Shown here piece by piece: positions 1 through 9,986 of a stretch of DNA of 54,336 nucleotides. Every line of letters begins with the position of its first letter. Within the stretch, counting starts at the first letter, position 1. The position numbers and the translations under genes were made by a program. This stretch comes from an uncultured Clostridia bacterium. GTDB taxonomy: Bacteria > Bacillota > Clostridia > TANB77 > CAG-508. The stretch spans positions 1 through 54,336 of the forward strand of contig CALXWT010000004.1 in the NCBI GenBank assembly GCA_944392445.1, in the 5' to 3' direction. The notes under the pieces were generated by a model that saw only the letters and a program-made list of their open reading frames with translations, made no database searches and was not told the DNA's origin.

Positions 1-926
1 CCAAAAACTATATTTGTTCTAATGTTAGTTTCGTCATTTTCATATACAGTTATAATCAGATTGTCCTGAATTTGTAATTGCCCAACTAATTCATCAAGCT
101 TTTGTGACAAGTTTGCTGTATCTGTATATTCGGTACCTAATCCTAATTTTGATAATTTGTCACTTACTAACATTAAAATCTCTGTATCTGTTTTTAATGC
201 ATTTATGCAATCTACTAATATTGAATATACGTTATCACTTGTTAATTCTATTTTATATACATTTGTATTGTAGCTTGTTCCGTTTATTTCTATAGTTTCT
301 TCTGTTTTTTGGTATGATTCCGAAGTTATATGTTGCATTATTATAGGTAAATATATGTCTGCTAGATGCTGTTTTTGAGCATCGGTTAGTTCAAACAGGT
401 TAATATAATTATTTTTGTCTATAGTATCTGGTACGTTGTCTATACCATAACTAGCTCCAAGTGCTGTTAAATTAAAGTTTTGTATTCCTACATAGCCATC
501 AAAAATTTCATCGCATTTTATACCGTATATATCCCCATTTCTTGCATAGGCCACTTTAAAAACGTCTAACTCTCCATTTTTTAATGTAATATCTGAGTAT
601 GTCCTATTTGTATTTACATCATGCCTTGCACTAGTCGAGACATTAAATCTTTTTGAGCTGACTTCTCCTTGAGTTAACACAACTGCTACATTTCCATTAG
701 ATGTATACGAATTTGTTTCTTTAAAACTTTCTTGAACTTTTATTTTGTCGTTCAGTATAGTTTGTGTAACATCACTTGCTTGTGCAAAGTATTTCCAAAA
801 CAACTCTTCATTAGACTCGCTTGAGTTTAAAAACCAAAATATTATTGCAATTATTATAGCTATTACAACTAAAATTAAAATTGGAACGGGTATAGCTATT
901 TTTAGGCTTTTTCTAGAATTATTCAT
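1..926 (-). CDS. Membrane-anchored/exported hypothetical protein (3' end outside window)
   Basis: ATG at 926 with AAGGAG RBS; reads MNNSRKSLKIAIPVPILILVVIAIIIAIIFWFLN (N-terminal TM). Missing from the ORF track, consistent with no stop before the window edge. Confidence 0.75.
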   Translation of the reverse strand, partial: MNNSRKSLKIAIPVPILILVVIAIIIAIIFWFLNSSESNEELFWKYFAQASDVTQTILNDKIKVQESFKETNSYTSNGNVAVVLTQGEVSSKRFNVSTSARHDVNTNRTYSDITLKNGELDVFKVAYARNGDIYGIKCDEIFDGYVGIQNFNLTALGASYGIDNVPDTIDKNNYINLFELTDAQKQHLADIYLPIIMQHITSESYQKTEETIEINGTSYNTNVYKIELTSDNVYSILVDCINALKTDTEILMLVSDKLSKLGLGTEYTDTANLSQKLDELVGQLQIQDNLIITVYENDETNIRTNIVF

Positions 927-964
927 AATAATTTCTCCTTTGTAATATTTATAAAATACTAACC

Positions 965-1733
965 TTATTTTCTTTGTTTCACAACCTCATACATAATTAT
1001 TCCGGCAGATACAGATGCATTTAATGATGTTATTTTTCCTTTCATAGGTATTTTTACTAAGAAGTCGCAATTTTCTTTTACTAATCTACTCATTCCAAAA
1101 CCTTCGCTTCCAATTACTATTCCAATTCCTCCTGTATAATCTTCGTCATAATAATACTTATCAGTATTCATTTCTGTTCCACATATCCATACATCATTTT
1201 CTTTCAAATAATTTATTGTATCATTTAGATTATTTACTCTTGCTATTTTCATGTATTCTACTGCTCCTGCTGATACTTTAGCTACAGTACTGTTTACTCC
1301 GGCAAGCTCTTCTTTTTGGTATTATTATGCCATGAACACCCGCTGTTTCTGCAGTTCTTATAATAGAACCCAAATTATGTGGATCTTCTATTCCGTCTAA
1401 AATTAAAATAAAAGGCTTCTCATTCCTATCTTTTGCTATTTGTAAAATATCGTCTACATCACAATAGTCAAATGGTGGTACAATTGCTATTACTCCTTGA
1501 TTATTCTCTGTTTGTGCCATTTGATTTAGTTTGACCTTGCTTATTTCATTTATAATTATTTTTCTTTCTCTTGCAATGGCTATTATTTTATTAATTGAAC
1601 CATGTTTTTCGCCTTCTGATACATATATTTTATTTATATCTCTGCCAGATTCTAAAAGTTCAAGAACAGCATTTCTGCCCTCTACTTGGTCATTAAATTC
1701 ATTTTCTGAAAAATTTCTTTTATTTTTCTCCAT
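965..1733 (-). CDS. rlmB: 23S rRNA (Gm2251) 2'-O-methyltransferase RlmB/TrmH family, split by a +1 frameshift near 1301
   Basis: ORF 1278-1733 has VEGRNAVLE and LDGIEDPHNLGSIIRTA; ORF 965-1252 has IVIGSEGFG and SLNASVSAGI. Removing one C from GCT TGC CGG AGT restores ACGVNSTVAKVSAGAVEYMKIARV. Confidence 0.9.
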
Positions 1734-1787
1734 TTTTTTATTCCTTGATTGTAATATTTAGATTTTTAAGGTTTTATCTATAAACCT

Positions 1788-2159
1788 TTATTTTATATCT
1801 TCTAAATTGCCTTTTAATGCAATAGCTTTCCAGCCTTCTAACTCGTCTCTATATGGCTCGTAAATATCATTTAATAAATAAATCTTTTTGTTAAAATAAA
1901 ATGCCATTGCTATTTCTGCAAATGTATTTGGTCCTATATAATTTTTTATTCCATTTTTTGTTACATTAACCGCTAAAACTATATCTGTTTTTTCATTTGT
2001 AATTTCATCAAAATGTAATTTAGTAGCATCTCCTTTTGTCATTTCCAATCTAAATTCTTTCGGTGTAACTACTTCATATCCTTTATTTTTTAAATATTCT
2101 TCTACTTCAAATATTTTTTCTTTTAATTTCATACTGCCACATAATACTATTCTTTTCAT
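1788..2159 (-). CDS. Hypothetical protein, possible nucleoside 2-deoxyribosyltransferase-like fold
   Basis: 123 aa with IVLCGS, YIGPNTFAEIAMA and KKIYLL motifs; RBS AGAAGGT. Fold call is inference. Confidence 0.6.
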   Translation of the reverse strand: MKRIVLCGSMKLKEKIFEVEEYLKNKGYEVVTPKEFRLEMTKGDATKLHFDEITNEKTDIVLAVNVTKNGIKNYIGPNTFAEIAMAFYFNKKIYLLNDIYEPYRDELEGWKAIALKGNLEDIK

Positions 2160-2245
2160 GGTTTACCTTCTTTTTCTAAATTTTAACAACACAAGATATT
2201 TCTCTGTTATCTTTCTTCTCTTAGCAATTATCTTTCACTTGTGCC

Positions 2246-4057
2246 CTATTCTTCGTCAAGCTTAAGAACACTAAGAAAAGCCTCCTGTGGAATTTCCACA
2301 TTTCCTATTTGTCTCATTTTCTTTTTACCACGTTTTTGTTTTTCTAGCAATTTTTTCTTTCTTGTAATATCTCCACCATAACATTTTGCTAAAACGTCTT
2401 TTCTTAATGCAGATATAGTCTCTCTTGCAATAACTTTGCCTCCAATAACAGCTTGAATAGGAATTACGAATAACTGCCTTGGAATTACTTGTTTTAATTT
2501 TTCTACCATTTTTCTTCCACGTTCATAGCTGTTGTCCTTATGCACTATAAACGAAAGGGCATCTACTACCTCACCATTTACATGTATATCTAGTTTAACT
2601 AAATCAGAACGTTTATATTCTTTAAATTCATAGTCAAATGAAGCATATCCTTTGGTTCTAGATTTTAGTTGATCAAAAAAGTCATATATTATTTCATTTA
2701 ATGGAAGTTCATATATTAGAGTTACTCTATTTTCATCTAAATATTTCATATCTACATAGATTCCACGTCTATTTTGACAAATTTCCATTATATTTCCAAC
2801 AAACTCCTTTGGTGTCAAAATCTCTGCCTGTACCATTGGTTCTTCCATATATGATATTTCGCTTGTTGGTGGCAAATCTGATGGATTATATAGTTCAATT
2901 ATTTCACCATCTGTTTTGTGTACTTTATATATAACTGATGGTGATGTTGTAATTAGACTTAAATCAAATTCTCTATCTAATCTTTCCTCAATTATCTCTA
3001 AGTGAAGTAAACCTAAAAATCCACACCTAAATCCAAAACCTAATGCTCCTGAAGATTCTGGTTCATACTCTAAAGCTGCATCATTTAGTTGTAATTTTTC
3101 TAATGCTACTTTTAAATTTTCATAGTCACTTCCATCTACAGGATAAATTCCACAATAAACCATTGGATTTACTTTTTTATATCCAGATAAGGCTTCCTTT
3201 GCTTTATTTTCCTTTAAAGTAATAGTATCTCCGACTCTAATGTCTGATAAACTTTTTATGCTTGCTGCAATATATCCAACTTCTCCCGCTTCTAGTTTGT
3301 CGGAAGGAGAATAACTTCCTGGTTCAAAATATCCCACTTCTGTTACTGTAAAGATTTTGTTGTTTGACATTAGCAATATTTCGTCTCCAACTTTAACAGT
3401 TCCATCTTTTACTCTAACATAAGCAATAGCTCCTTTGTAATCATTATATATAGAGTCAAATATTAAGCATTTTAATGGTGCATTTTCGTCTCCTGTTGGA
3501 GCTGGAAGGTCTGTTACAATTCTTTCTAATACTTCATCCACATTTAACCCTGTTTTAGCAGATATGCAAGGTGCATCCTGTGCTGGAATTCCTATTATAT
3601 CTTCAATTTCTTTTTTTACTTCATCTGGTCTTGCATTTGGCAAATCTACTTTGTTTATAACTGGTAAAATTTCCAGGTTATTATCTATTGCTAAATAAAC
3701 ATTTGCAAGTGTTTGCGCTTCCACACCTTGTGTGCTATCTACAACTAAAACTGCTCCATCACATGCTGCCAAACTTCTAGATACTTCATAATTAAAGTCT
3801 ACGTGCCCTGGTGTGTCTATTAAATTAAGTTCGTATTCATTTCCATCTTTAGCTTTATATATCATTTTAACAGCCTGAGACTTAATTGTTATTCCTCTTT
3901 CTCTTTCGATGTCCATATTGTCTAATACTTGGCTTTCCATTTCACGGCTTGAAAGCACTCCTGTCATTTCAATAAGTCTGTCTGCTAATGTTGATTTACC
4001 GTGGTCTATATGTGCTATTATGCTAAAGTTTCTTATAAATTTCTTTTTGTCGCTCAT
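2246..4057 (-). CDS. lepA: Elongation factor 4 (LepA)
   Basis: [50 protein letters not shown]. Confidence 0.99.
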   Translation of the reverse strand: MSDKKKFIRNFSIIAHIDHGKSTLADRLIEMTGVLSSREMESQVLDNMDIERERGITIKSQAVKMIYKAKDGNEYELNLIDTPGHVDFNYEVSRSLAACDGAVLVVDSTQGVEAQTLANVYLAIDNNLEILPVINKVDLPNARPDEVKKEIEDIIGIPAQDAPCISAKTGLNVDEVLERIVTDLPAPTGDENAPLKCLIFDSIYNDYKGAIAYVRVKDGTVKVGDEILLMSNNKIFTVTEVGYFEPGSYSPSDKLEAGEVGYIAASIKSLSDIRVGDTITLKENKAKEALSGYKKVNPMVYCGIYPVDGSDYENLKVALEKLQLNDAALEYEPESSGALGFGFRCGFLGLLHLEIIEERLDREFDLSLITTSPSVIYKVHKTDGEIIELYNPSDLPPTSEISYMEEPMVQAEILTPKEFVGNIMEICQNRRGIYVDMKYLDENRVTLIYELPLNEIIYDFFDQLKSRTKGYASFDYEFKEYKRSDLVKLDIHVNGEVVDALSFIVHKDNSYERGRKMVEKLKQVIPRQLFVIPIQAVIGGKVIARETISALRKDVLAKCYGGDITRKKKLLEKQKRGKKKMRQIGNVEIPQEAFLSVLKLDEE

Positions 4058-4147
4058 ACTTTTCTCCTCTTTTTCTCTTCCATAATTATATTGATTTTAC
4101 TAATTTTTGTCAACAATAGTTTGATTATTTGTGCTTGTTCTCTATAT

Positions 4148-4347
4148 TACAATTCATAGCCAGATTAATACCGAGAAGAAGAAGGTATTTTTTATTGTTA
4201 TTTCCAGCCCCCAACTGCGTACAAACTGTATAAATTTTCGCTAGTGCTCAATTTAACAGTTTGTAAACTTGTCGGTCCCCACCTTAAGCATTCCAATAAC
4301 AATAAAAAATACCTTCTTCTTCTCTAAAAAATAGGCTGTGAATTGTA
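4148..4347. repeat. Nested palindromic element, family A copy 1
   Basis: 30-bp perfect inverted arms 4173-4202/4295-4324 plus outer arms 4148-4161/4334-4347 around a 92-nt core shared with 52389-52480. Confidence 0.85.
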
Positions 4348-4387
4348 GCTTTTTTGCAATAAGAATGCGCAAATTTAACATAACTGC

Positions 4388-4416
4388 TTGCTTTTTACAT
4401 AAAATGGTTATATAAT
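4388..4416 (+). promoter_or_regulatory. sigma-A promoter of Nudix-like gene 1
   Basis: TTGCTT-17 bp-TATAAT. Confidence 0.7.
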
Positions 4417-4465
4417 ATGAACACGACCAATTTTTAGGTCAATTATTTGAAAGGAGATTATTACA

Positions 4466-4867
4466 ATGAAAGAACGGCTAGTAATGGTCATTGCCTATAA
4501 TAAGTATGGGCAGATTTTCATTTATCGGCAAAATTGGCTTTGGCAACTTCCTTCTGGAATTTGCCAGAAAGGTGAAACTGTTGAAGAATGTGCAAGACGC
4601 GTATTCTTTGAGCAAGAGGGGGCTTCTCTTGCAGTAATATCAATGATTCGCTATTGTCCCGACAGTAGTAGTGCCTCTTGGTTTAACGTTGTCATTGGCA
4701 AAGTTGATGATAATGCTGAACTTAAAGGTGCATGGCAGTACGAAAATCTCGTATATTACAATTCACTTATGCAGATGACCAATGGTTCTTTTTTTGAAGA
4801 TGGCTCTTTTATCGAGCCTAACTCTATCAATGCCTTGATGGCACATAGATGTATCAATAGAATATAA
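4466..4867 (+). CDS. Degenerate Nudix-fold protein 1
   Basis: WQLPSGICQKGETVEECARRVFFEQEG resembles the Nudix box with substitutions; RBS AAAGGAG. Confidence 0.65.
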   Translation: MKERLVMVIAYNKYGQIFIYRQNWLWQLPSGICQKGETVEECARRVFFEQEGASLAVISMIRYCPDSSSASWFNVVIGKVDDNAELKGAWQYENLVYYNSLMQMTNGSFFEDGSFIEPNSINALMAHRCINRI

Positions 4868-4873
4868 TTTCCT

Positions 4874-4905
4874 TCCCCCCTGTCACTCTGTGGCAGGGGG
4901 ATTTT
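4874..4905 (+). terminator. Intrinsic terminator
   Basis: CCCCCTGTCAC-TCT-GTGGCAGGGGG followed by ATTTT. Confidence 0.75.
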
Positions 4906-4936
4906 ATATGTTGCGAAGTAGATTTTACATAATGTA

Positions 4937-4965
4937 TTGCTTTTTTCTTTAGAAAGTTGTATAAT
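4937..4965 (+). promoter_or_regulatory. sigma-A promoter of Nudix-like gene 2
   Basis: TTGCTT-17 bp-TATAAT. Confidence 0.7.
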
Positions 4966-5014
4966 TGTTCTACGGCCCAATTGGTCAAATACTAAAAAAG
5001 GAGATATTGCGTAT

Positions 5015-5563
5015 ATGAAAGACTACAAGTTAACCTTGGCGCAGGATTTGGCACAAATGTCTGATTTTTCAATCAGGCATCTTACCTATACTGCAAATGA
5101 CAAGACTCGGATTAATGCTGAAATAATTCAAACTAATCCGATAGTGTCGGTCATCGTTCTTAACGAGCATAACGAACTCGTGATCCTTCCTACTTTCCAG
5201 CCTGCTATTGGCAAATGGTTCTACGAGGTGCCTTTTAGGGCATTTAATATTCGTGAACACGTTCTGCAAGTGGCTGAAGGATTAGTCAAAAAGCAGACTA
5301 ATCTGAATCTTGAAGATGCCGTTTTGCTTACTCAAGGACTGAATCAGATGGATCCGAGAACTGATGCCAACATGCAGGTAGTGTTTGGAAGAGTACAAAC
5401 TTTTCTCAATACTCCTAGCAATGAGGTACGGTTTGTAAACCTCAAAGAAGCCTATTACAGGCTGAAGCGCCAAATAAAGTACAACAATCCATTTATGGAT
5501 GGCTTGGACCTTGGTGGTCTGAGTAGTGATGCTCTTCGCCTTTACAGGTTTGTAGAAGAGTAA
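5015..5563 (+). CDS. Degenerate Nudix-fold protein 2 (ADP-ribose pyrophosphatase-like scaffold)
   Basis: Start moved to ATG 5015 (RBS AAAGGAG). VSVIVLNEHNELVIL..FQPAIGKWFYEVP resembles the NudF N-terminal half; catalytic box not recognisable. Confidence 0.6.
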   Translation: MKDYKLTLAQDLAQMSDFSIRHLTYTANDKTRINAEIIQTNPIVSVIVLNEHNELVILPTFQPAIGKWFYEVPFRAFNIREHVLQVAEGLVKKQTNLNLEDAVLLTQGLNQMDPRTDANMQVVFGRVQTFLNTPSNEVRFVNLKEAYYRLKRQIKYNNPFMDGLDLGGLSSDALRLYRFVEE

Positions 5564-5570
5564 TCTCCTT

Positions 5571-5610
5571 CCCCCTTAACTAGTTTCTAGTGAAGGGGGT
5601 TGTTTTTATT
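5571..5610 (+). terminator. Intrinsic terminator
   Basis: CCCCCTT-AACTAG..CTAGTG-AAGGGGG followed by a T tract. Confidence 0.75.
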
Positions 5611-5701
5611 TTATTATACAATCTATATTTAATAAAGTTAGAATATTACCGTTCATTCTTATTTTTTAGATAAATGCCTTGTTTTAATTTTTACAATTCT
5701 A

Positions 5702-5730
5702 TTGATTTTTTATGTTAATAGTAGTATAAT
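5702..5730 (+). promoter_or_regulatory. sigma-A promoter of Nudix-like gene 3
   Basis: TTGATT-17 bp-TATAAT. Confidence 0.65.
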
Positions 5731-5776
5731 AAAGGCGTTCGATACCCACAATGGTATAGTACGAAAGGAGATTATT

Positions 5777-6274
5777 ATGAAAAGGCAAAAGCGGGTGTCC
5801 GTGATAGCTATCTATGAAGTGGACCGGACGAAGTGGCTTCCTGTTGTCTTGGAAACAATCCATACCACCAGTGAGTCGGGAGAAGAAAATGAGCTCGAAG
5901 TATACAATCTTCCCAATAAGCTTCTCTGCGATTCTGAGGACTCTGTTCCCGAAGCTGCCGAAAGGCTTATTGAGGAAATCACCCATCTCAATTTTGAAGT
6001 TGAGAGGAGTTTTCCCATTGTTCCCTCTTGCACTCTTCGCAAGGAAGATACCGTAGAGCACTTTATTGTGTTCGGGTATTTAACCGGTAACAAGAGCAAA
6101 GATTCCATGGAGCTTGCGAAGAATACGTATTTGATTTCTGAGATGGAAGTATTTTACCGTCTCGGAAGACAAGCAAATTACGAGGAAAATTTTAGAGAAG
6201 GGAAGTTTATTGGCATTGACTCTGTTCATGCATTGTCTATTGCCAATACGATGAACATCCTTTCCAATAAGTAA
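5777..6274 (+). CDS. Degenerate Nudix-fold protein 3
   Basis: Start moved to ATG 5777 (RBS AAAGGAG). YNLPNKLLCDSEDSVPEAAERLIEEITHL occupies the Nudix-box position; C-terminus similar to gene 2. Confidence 0.6.
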   Translation: MKRQKRVSVIAIYEVDRTKWLPVVLETIHTTSESGEENELEVYNLPNKLLCDSEDSVPEAAERLIEEITHLNFEVERSFPIVPSCTLRKEDTVEHFIVFGYLTGNKSKDSMELAKNTYLISEMEVFYRLGRQANYEENFREGKFIGIDSVHALSIANTMNILSNK

Positions 6275-6281
6275 TCTCTTT

Positions 6282-6316
6282 CCCCCTCGCCAGCTTTGGC
6301 GAGGGGGTTCTTTTTT
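6282..6316 (+). terminator. Intrinsic terminator
   Basis: CCCCCTCGCCA-GCTT-TGGCGAGGGGG followed by a T tract. Confidence 0.8.
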
Positions 6317-6404
6317 ATTGTATAAGAAAAATCGCAGATTTTTGCTATACAACAAGGTTAAGTCTCCTTGGGCCGTGCGTATTTGTGAAGTAAAACGCAC
6401 ATGT
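6311..6404. repeat. Dispersed structured repeat, family B copy 1
   Basis: TTGTATAAGAAAAATC..GATTTTTGCTATACAACAAG..TCCTT.GGC.GTGC.TATT.GTGAA..CACATGT shared with 47629-47752. Confidence 0.75.
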
Positions 6405-6628
6405 AGAAAACTTTTCTTCTTACAGTATTTGTGTAGAAAATTACGTCATTATTCGTTACTAGATAATGGTTTTGAAGAAATTTAGATTCTAACACTATAT
6501 AATATATTATTTTATAAAAAACATTGAAAATAGCTATAATTTTGTGATAGAATAGTTATTGATTTAGTAAAATTAGTCTTTAATAAAATATGCAGAGCTA
6601 TAGTTATTAGCTCGAATGGAGGGTTATT

Positions 6629-7837
6629 ATGTCAAAAATATTTGAAGAACTAATGGAAAGGGGCTATATTGAGCAAGTAACTCATGAAGAACTAAAAGAT
6701 GTATTAGATAATAGTTCTATTCCTTTTTATATAGGTTTTGATCCAACTGCAGATAGCTTACATGTTGGCCATTTTGTTTCTATGATGGTAGCTGCACAAA
6801 TGCAAAAAGCTGGTCACAAACCAATTATTTTAATTGGTGGTGGTACTGCTACAATAGGTGACCCATCTGGAAAAACAGATATGAGAAGAATGATGTCTAG
6901 AGAAGAAATAAATCATAATGTAGAGTGTTTTAAAAATCAACTTTCTAAATTTATAAGTTTTGAAGGAGATAATGGAGCAATTATTGTAAATAATGCAGAT
7001 TGGCTTTTAAATTTAAACTTTGTTGAATTTATGAGAGATATTGGTTCACTATTTTCTGTAAATAAAATGCTTGCAGCAGAGTGCTATAAGCAAAGAATGG
7101 AAAGAGGATTAACATTTTTTGAGCTTGGATATATGCTAATGCAATCTTATGACTTTTTACATCTATACAATACATATGGATGCAAATTGCAAATGGGTGG
7201 AAATGACCAATGGTCAAATATTTTAGGTGGAGTTGATTTAATAAGAAGAATTGGACACTCTGATTCTTATGGTCTAACATTTAAACTTCTTACTACAAAA
7301 GAAGGTAAGAAAATGGGAAAAACAGAAAAAGGAGCATTATGGCTAGATGCTAATAAAACTTCTCCTTATGAGTTTTATCAATACTGGAGAAATATTGACG
7401 ACGCAGATGTAAAAACTGTTTTATCACTTTTAACTTTCTTGCCAATGGACGAAGTAAACAGATTATCTAGTTTAAAAGATGAACAAATAAATGAAGCTAA
7501 AAAGATAGCTGCATTTGAGATAACTAAACTAATTCATGGTGAAGAAGAAGCAAAAAAAGCTGAAGAAGCTGCTAAAGCTTTATTTGAAGGACAAGGCTCT
7601 TTAGAAAATATGCCAACTTCTAAAGTAGAAGCAAATATTTCTATTTTGGATGCAATTATTATAGCTGGTATGGCTCCTTCAAAAGGACAAGCAAGAACAC
7701 TTATTACACAGGGTGGTATTACTTTAAATGATGAAAAAATTACAGATGTAAACTATGTTTTATCTGATAATGATTTTAAAGGTGGATATGCTATTTTAAG
7801 AAAAGGCAAAAAAGTATATCATAAGTTGGAGAAATAA
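6629..7837 (+). CDS. tyrS: Tyrosine--tRNA ligase
   Basis: [15 protein letters not shown] (HIGH), [13 protein letters not shown] (KMSKS), C-terminal S4-like domain. Confidence 0.98.
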   Translation: MSKIFEELMERGYIEQVTHEELKDVLDNSSIPFYIGFDPTADSLHVGHFVSMMVAAQMQKAGHKPIILIGGGTATIGDPSGKTDMRRMMSREEINHNVECFKNQLSKFISFEGDNGAIIVNNADWLLNLNFVEFMRDIGSLFSVNKMLAAECYKQRMERGLTFFELGYMLMQSYDFLHLYNTYGCKLQMGGNDQWSNILGGVDLIRRIGHSDSYGLTFKLLTTKEGKKMGKTEKGALWLDANKTSPYEFYQYWRNIDDADVKTVLSLLTFLPMDEVNRLSSLKDEQINEAKKIAAFEITKLIHGEEEAKKAEEAAKALFEGQGSLENMPTSKVEANISILDAIIIAGMAPSKGQARTLITQGGITLNDEKITDVNYVLSDNDFKGGYAILRKGKKVYHKLEK

Positions 7838-7865
7838 AAAATGTTTTACTTTATCTAAAGTTGAA

Positions 7866-7900
7866 AATTGGACAAAAAGGTTCGTCCCTTTTGTCCAATT
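7866..7900. terminator. Bidirectional hairpin between convergent tyrS and tagH
   Basis: AATTGGACAAAAAGG..CCTTTTGTCCAATT. Confidence 0.65.
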
Positions 7901-8637
7901 TATTTTTTTACTGTTTTTTTATACTTTTCTATAGCATCATCTATATTACCATCAAAAGTTTTTTTGCCACTTTCCATAACAATTCCTCTTGAGCAAAATT
8001 CTTTTGCCATAGCAGTAGAGTGTGTTACAAAAAGTAGTGTGACTTCATCTTTATTTACAATTTCATTTACTTTTTTAGTACATTTATTCTTAAATTCTTC
8101 ATCTCCAACGCTTAATGCTTCATCTACTATTAGTATTTCTGGTCTTATATTTACATTTATGGAAAAACCTAATCTTGCTTTCATACCACTTGAATATGTT
8201 CTTACTGGTTGGTCTATATATTCTGCTATTTCTGCAAAGTCTATTATTTCTTGCTCTAGTTCACGAATTTCTGTATCTTTTAATCCAAGAAGTTGTCCTT
8301 TTAAATATATATTTTCTCTACCTGTAAACTCTGGGTCAAATCCAGAAGTAAGTTCAAGTAATGCACTAACTCTACCATTTACGGTTATTGTTCCACTTGT
8401 AGGAAAAGCAACTCCTGTTATCATTTTTAAGATGGTAGATTTTCCAGCACCATTTTTTCCAAATAGAGCAACAGCTTCTCCTCTTTCTACTTCAAAAGAG
8501 ACATCGTTTACTGCTTTCTTTTCTTTATATTTTATATTCCTAAAAAATGTATGCAATAGTCTTCTTTTATCATTTTTGAAAAGCTTGTACATTTTTGTAA
8601 CATGGTCAAATCTAATTACAATATCTCTATCTCCCAT
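7900..8637 (-). CDS. tagH: Teichoic acid/polysaccharide ABC exporter ATP-binding protein
   Basis: GKNGAGKST, YSSGMKARLGF, ILIVDEALSVGD. Confidence 0.9.
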   Translation of the reverse strand: MGDRDIVIRFDHVTKMYKLFKNDKRRLLHTFFRNIKYKEKKAVNDVSFEVERGEAVALFGKNGAGKSTILKMITGVAFPTSGTITVNGRVSALLELTSGFDPEFTGRENIYLKGQLLGLKDTEIRELEQEIIDFAEIAEYIDQPVRTYSSGMKARLGFSINVNIRPEILIVDEALSVGDEEFKNKCTKKVNEIVNKDEVTLLFVTHSTAMAKEFCSRGIVMESGKKTFDGNIDDAIEKYKKTVKK

Positions 8638-8654
8638 AAAAAATCTTTCCTTTC

Positions 8655-9467
8655 CTAATTTAATACATCTGGAATTTCTTTTCTTAATTTTCTATATACC
8701 CATATAGAAGCAATAGTTAGCACTAATAATATTACTAAAAAGGCAATTAAAGTTTTAGGACTTTCCCAAATCCAAGTTTTATGTATAAAACAATTTCTGT
8801 AACCTTCTACTAAATATGTTACTGGATTTATTTTTAATAATGCTCTTAGCCATGGTATATCTTTTAAAGTGTTTATATTCCAAATTATTCCTGATAGCCA
8901 AAATACGGCTGTTACCAATGATTTAACCAAATTTGAGAAGTCTTTACTCATACAAGCAAGTAATGAAGAAAATAAAGAAAACACAGTAAAAAATAGAAAA
9001 CTTAGTAACATGTAAATTGGCAATTGTAATAGATATATATCTGGTGGATATCCCATCGCAATAAAAATTATAATCATTATTGCTAACAAGGCTAGATGTA
9101 CCATAAATTTAGATATGCTAAAAAATGTAGGAATTGTTGATATTGGGAATTTCATTTTTGTAACCAAATAACTATATTTTCTTATACATTCTGTTCCGCC
9201 TGTTATCATATCGCTCATATAAAACCATGGAATTACACCTGAAATAAGCCATAAGAAGAATGGGAAACCTTCTACTTCACTACTTCCTCTTAATCCTATT
9301 TGAAATGTAAACCAATATACAAATATAGTAACAGCTGGCTTTATAATAGCCCATGCCCATCCTAGTGCAGCTCCACGATAAGTCTTTACTAAGTCTGCTT
9401 TTGCAAGCTTAAATATTTGCTGTCTATATTGTATATGGTCTTTTATTATTTCTACTATAGTGTGCAT
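8655..9467 (-). CDS. tagG: Teichoic acid ABC exporter permease (ABC-2)
   Basis: YRGAALGWAWAIIKP, INPVTYLVEGYR, about six TM segments, adjacent to tagH. Confidence 0.88.
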   Translation of the reverse strand: MHTIVEIIKDHIQYRQQIFKLAKADLVKTYRGAALGWAWAIIKPAVTIFVYWFTFQIGLRGSSEVEGFPFFLWLISGVIPWFYMSDMITGGTECIRKYSYLVTKMKFPISTIPTFFSISKFMVHLALLAIMIIIFIAMGYPPDIYLLQLPIYMLLSFLFFTVFSLFSSLLACMSKDFSNLVKSLVTAVFWLSGIIWNINTLKDIPWLRALLKINPVTYLVEGYRNCFIHKTWIWESPKTLIAFLVILLVLTIASIWVYRKLRKEIPDVLN

Positions 9468-9483
9468 ACACTTATCTCCTTTT

Positions 9484-9960
9484 TTATTTTTTACTTTTTT
9501 CTCTTTCCTTTTCTTGATCTCTTTCTTGTTTCGTTTCTGGAATTTGATTTACACCATTTATTGGCTCTTGTAATCCTAAATCTCTTTTTATTTTGGTTGT
9601 TGATATTCCTTCAGTTCTATCTAAATATACTACTTCGCAATAATCCTTTAAATAATCGAATTTATCACTTCCTGCCCAGTCGCTTCCCATGACAACTATA
9701 TCTACATCATATTTTTGTACGTCTGATATTTTTTGTTCCCAGCATTCTTCTGGTATAACTAAATCTACATATCTTATTGCCTCTAACATTTTCTTTCTTG
9801 TTTCATAATTGTGATAAGCTTTTTTTCCTTTACTTTCATTAAATTCATCTGTTGATAATGCTACAATCAAATAATCTCCTAAAGCTTTTGCTCTTTGTAG
9901 TAATCTAATGTGCCCAAAATGTAATAAATCAAAAGTTCCATAAGTTAAAATTCTTTTCAT
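9484..9960 (-). CDS. tagD: Glycerol-3-phosphate cytidylyltransferase
   Basis: MKRILTYGTFDLLHFGH, RTEGISTT; start at ATG 9960 with GGGAGG RBS. Confidence 0.95.
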   Translation of the reverse strand: MKRILTYGTFDLLHFGHIRLLQRAKALGDYLIVALSTDEFNESKGKKAYHNYETRKKMLEAIRYVDLVIPEECWEQKISDVQKYDVDIVVMGSDWAGSDKFDYLKDYCEVVYLDRTEGISTTKIKRDLGLQEPINGVNQIPETKQERDQEKEREKSKK

Positions 9961-9986
9961 ACTAATTCCTCCCAATTATATATCAT

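Noticed and set aside
6405-6628. T-box leader upstream of tyrS
   Set aside because: No T-box consensus or terminator/antiterminator visible, and a promoter-like sequence lies under about 100 bp from the start.
7868-8707. Long antisense ORFs (7868-8707, 31162-31869, 35732-36484 and many shorter ones)
   Set aside because: Shadows of well-supported genes on the opposite strand; no RBS or motifs.
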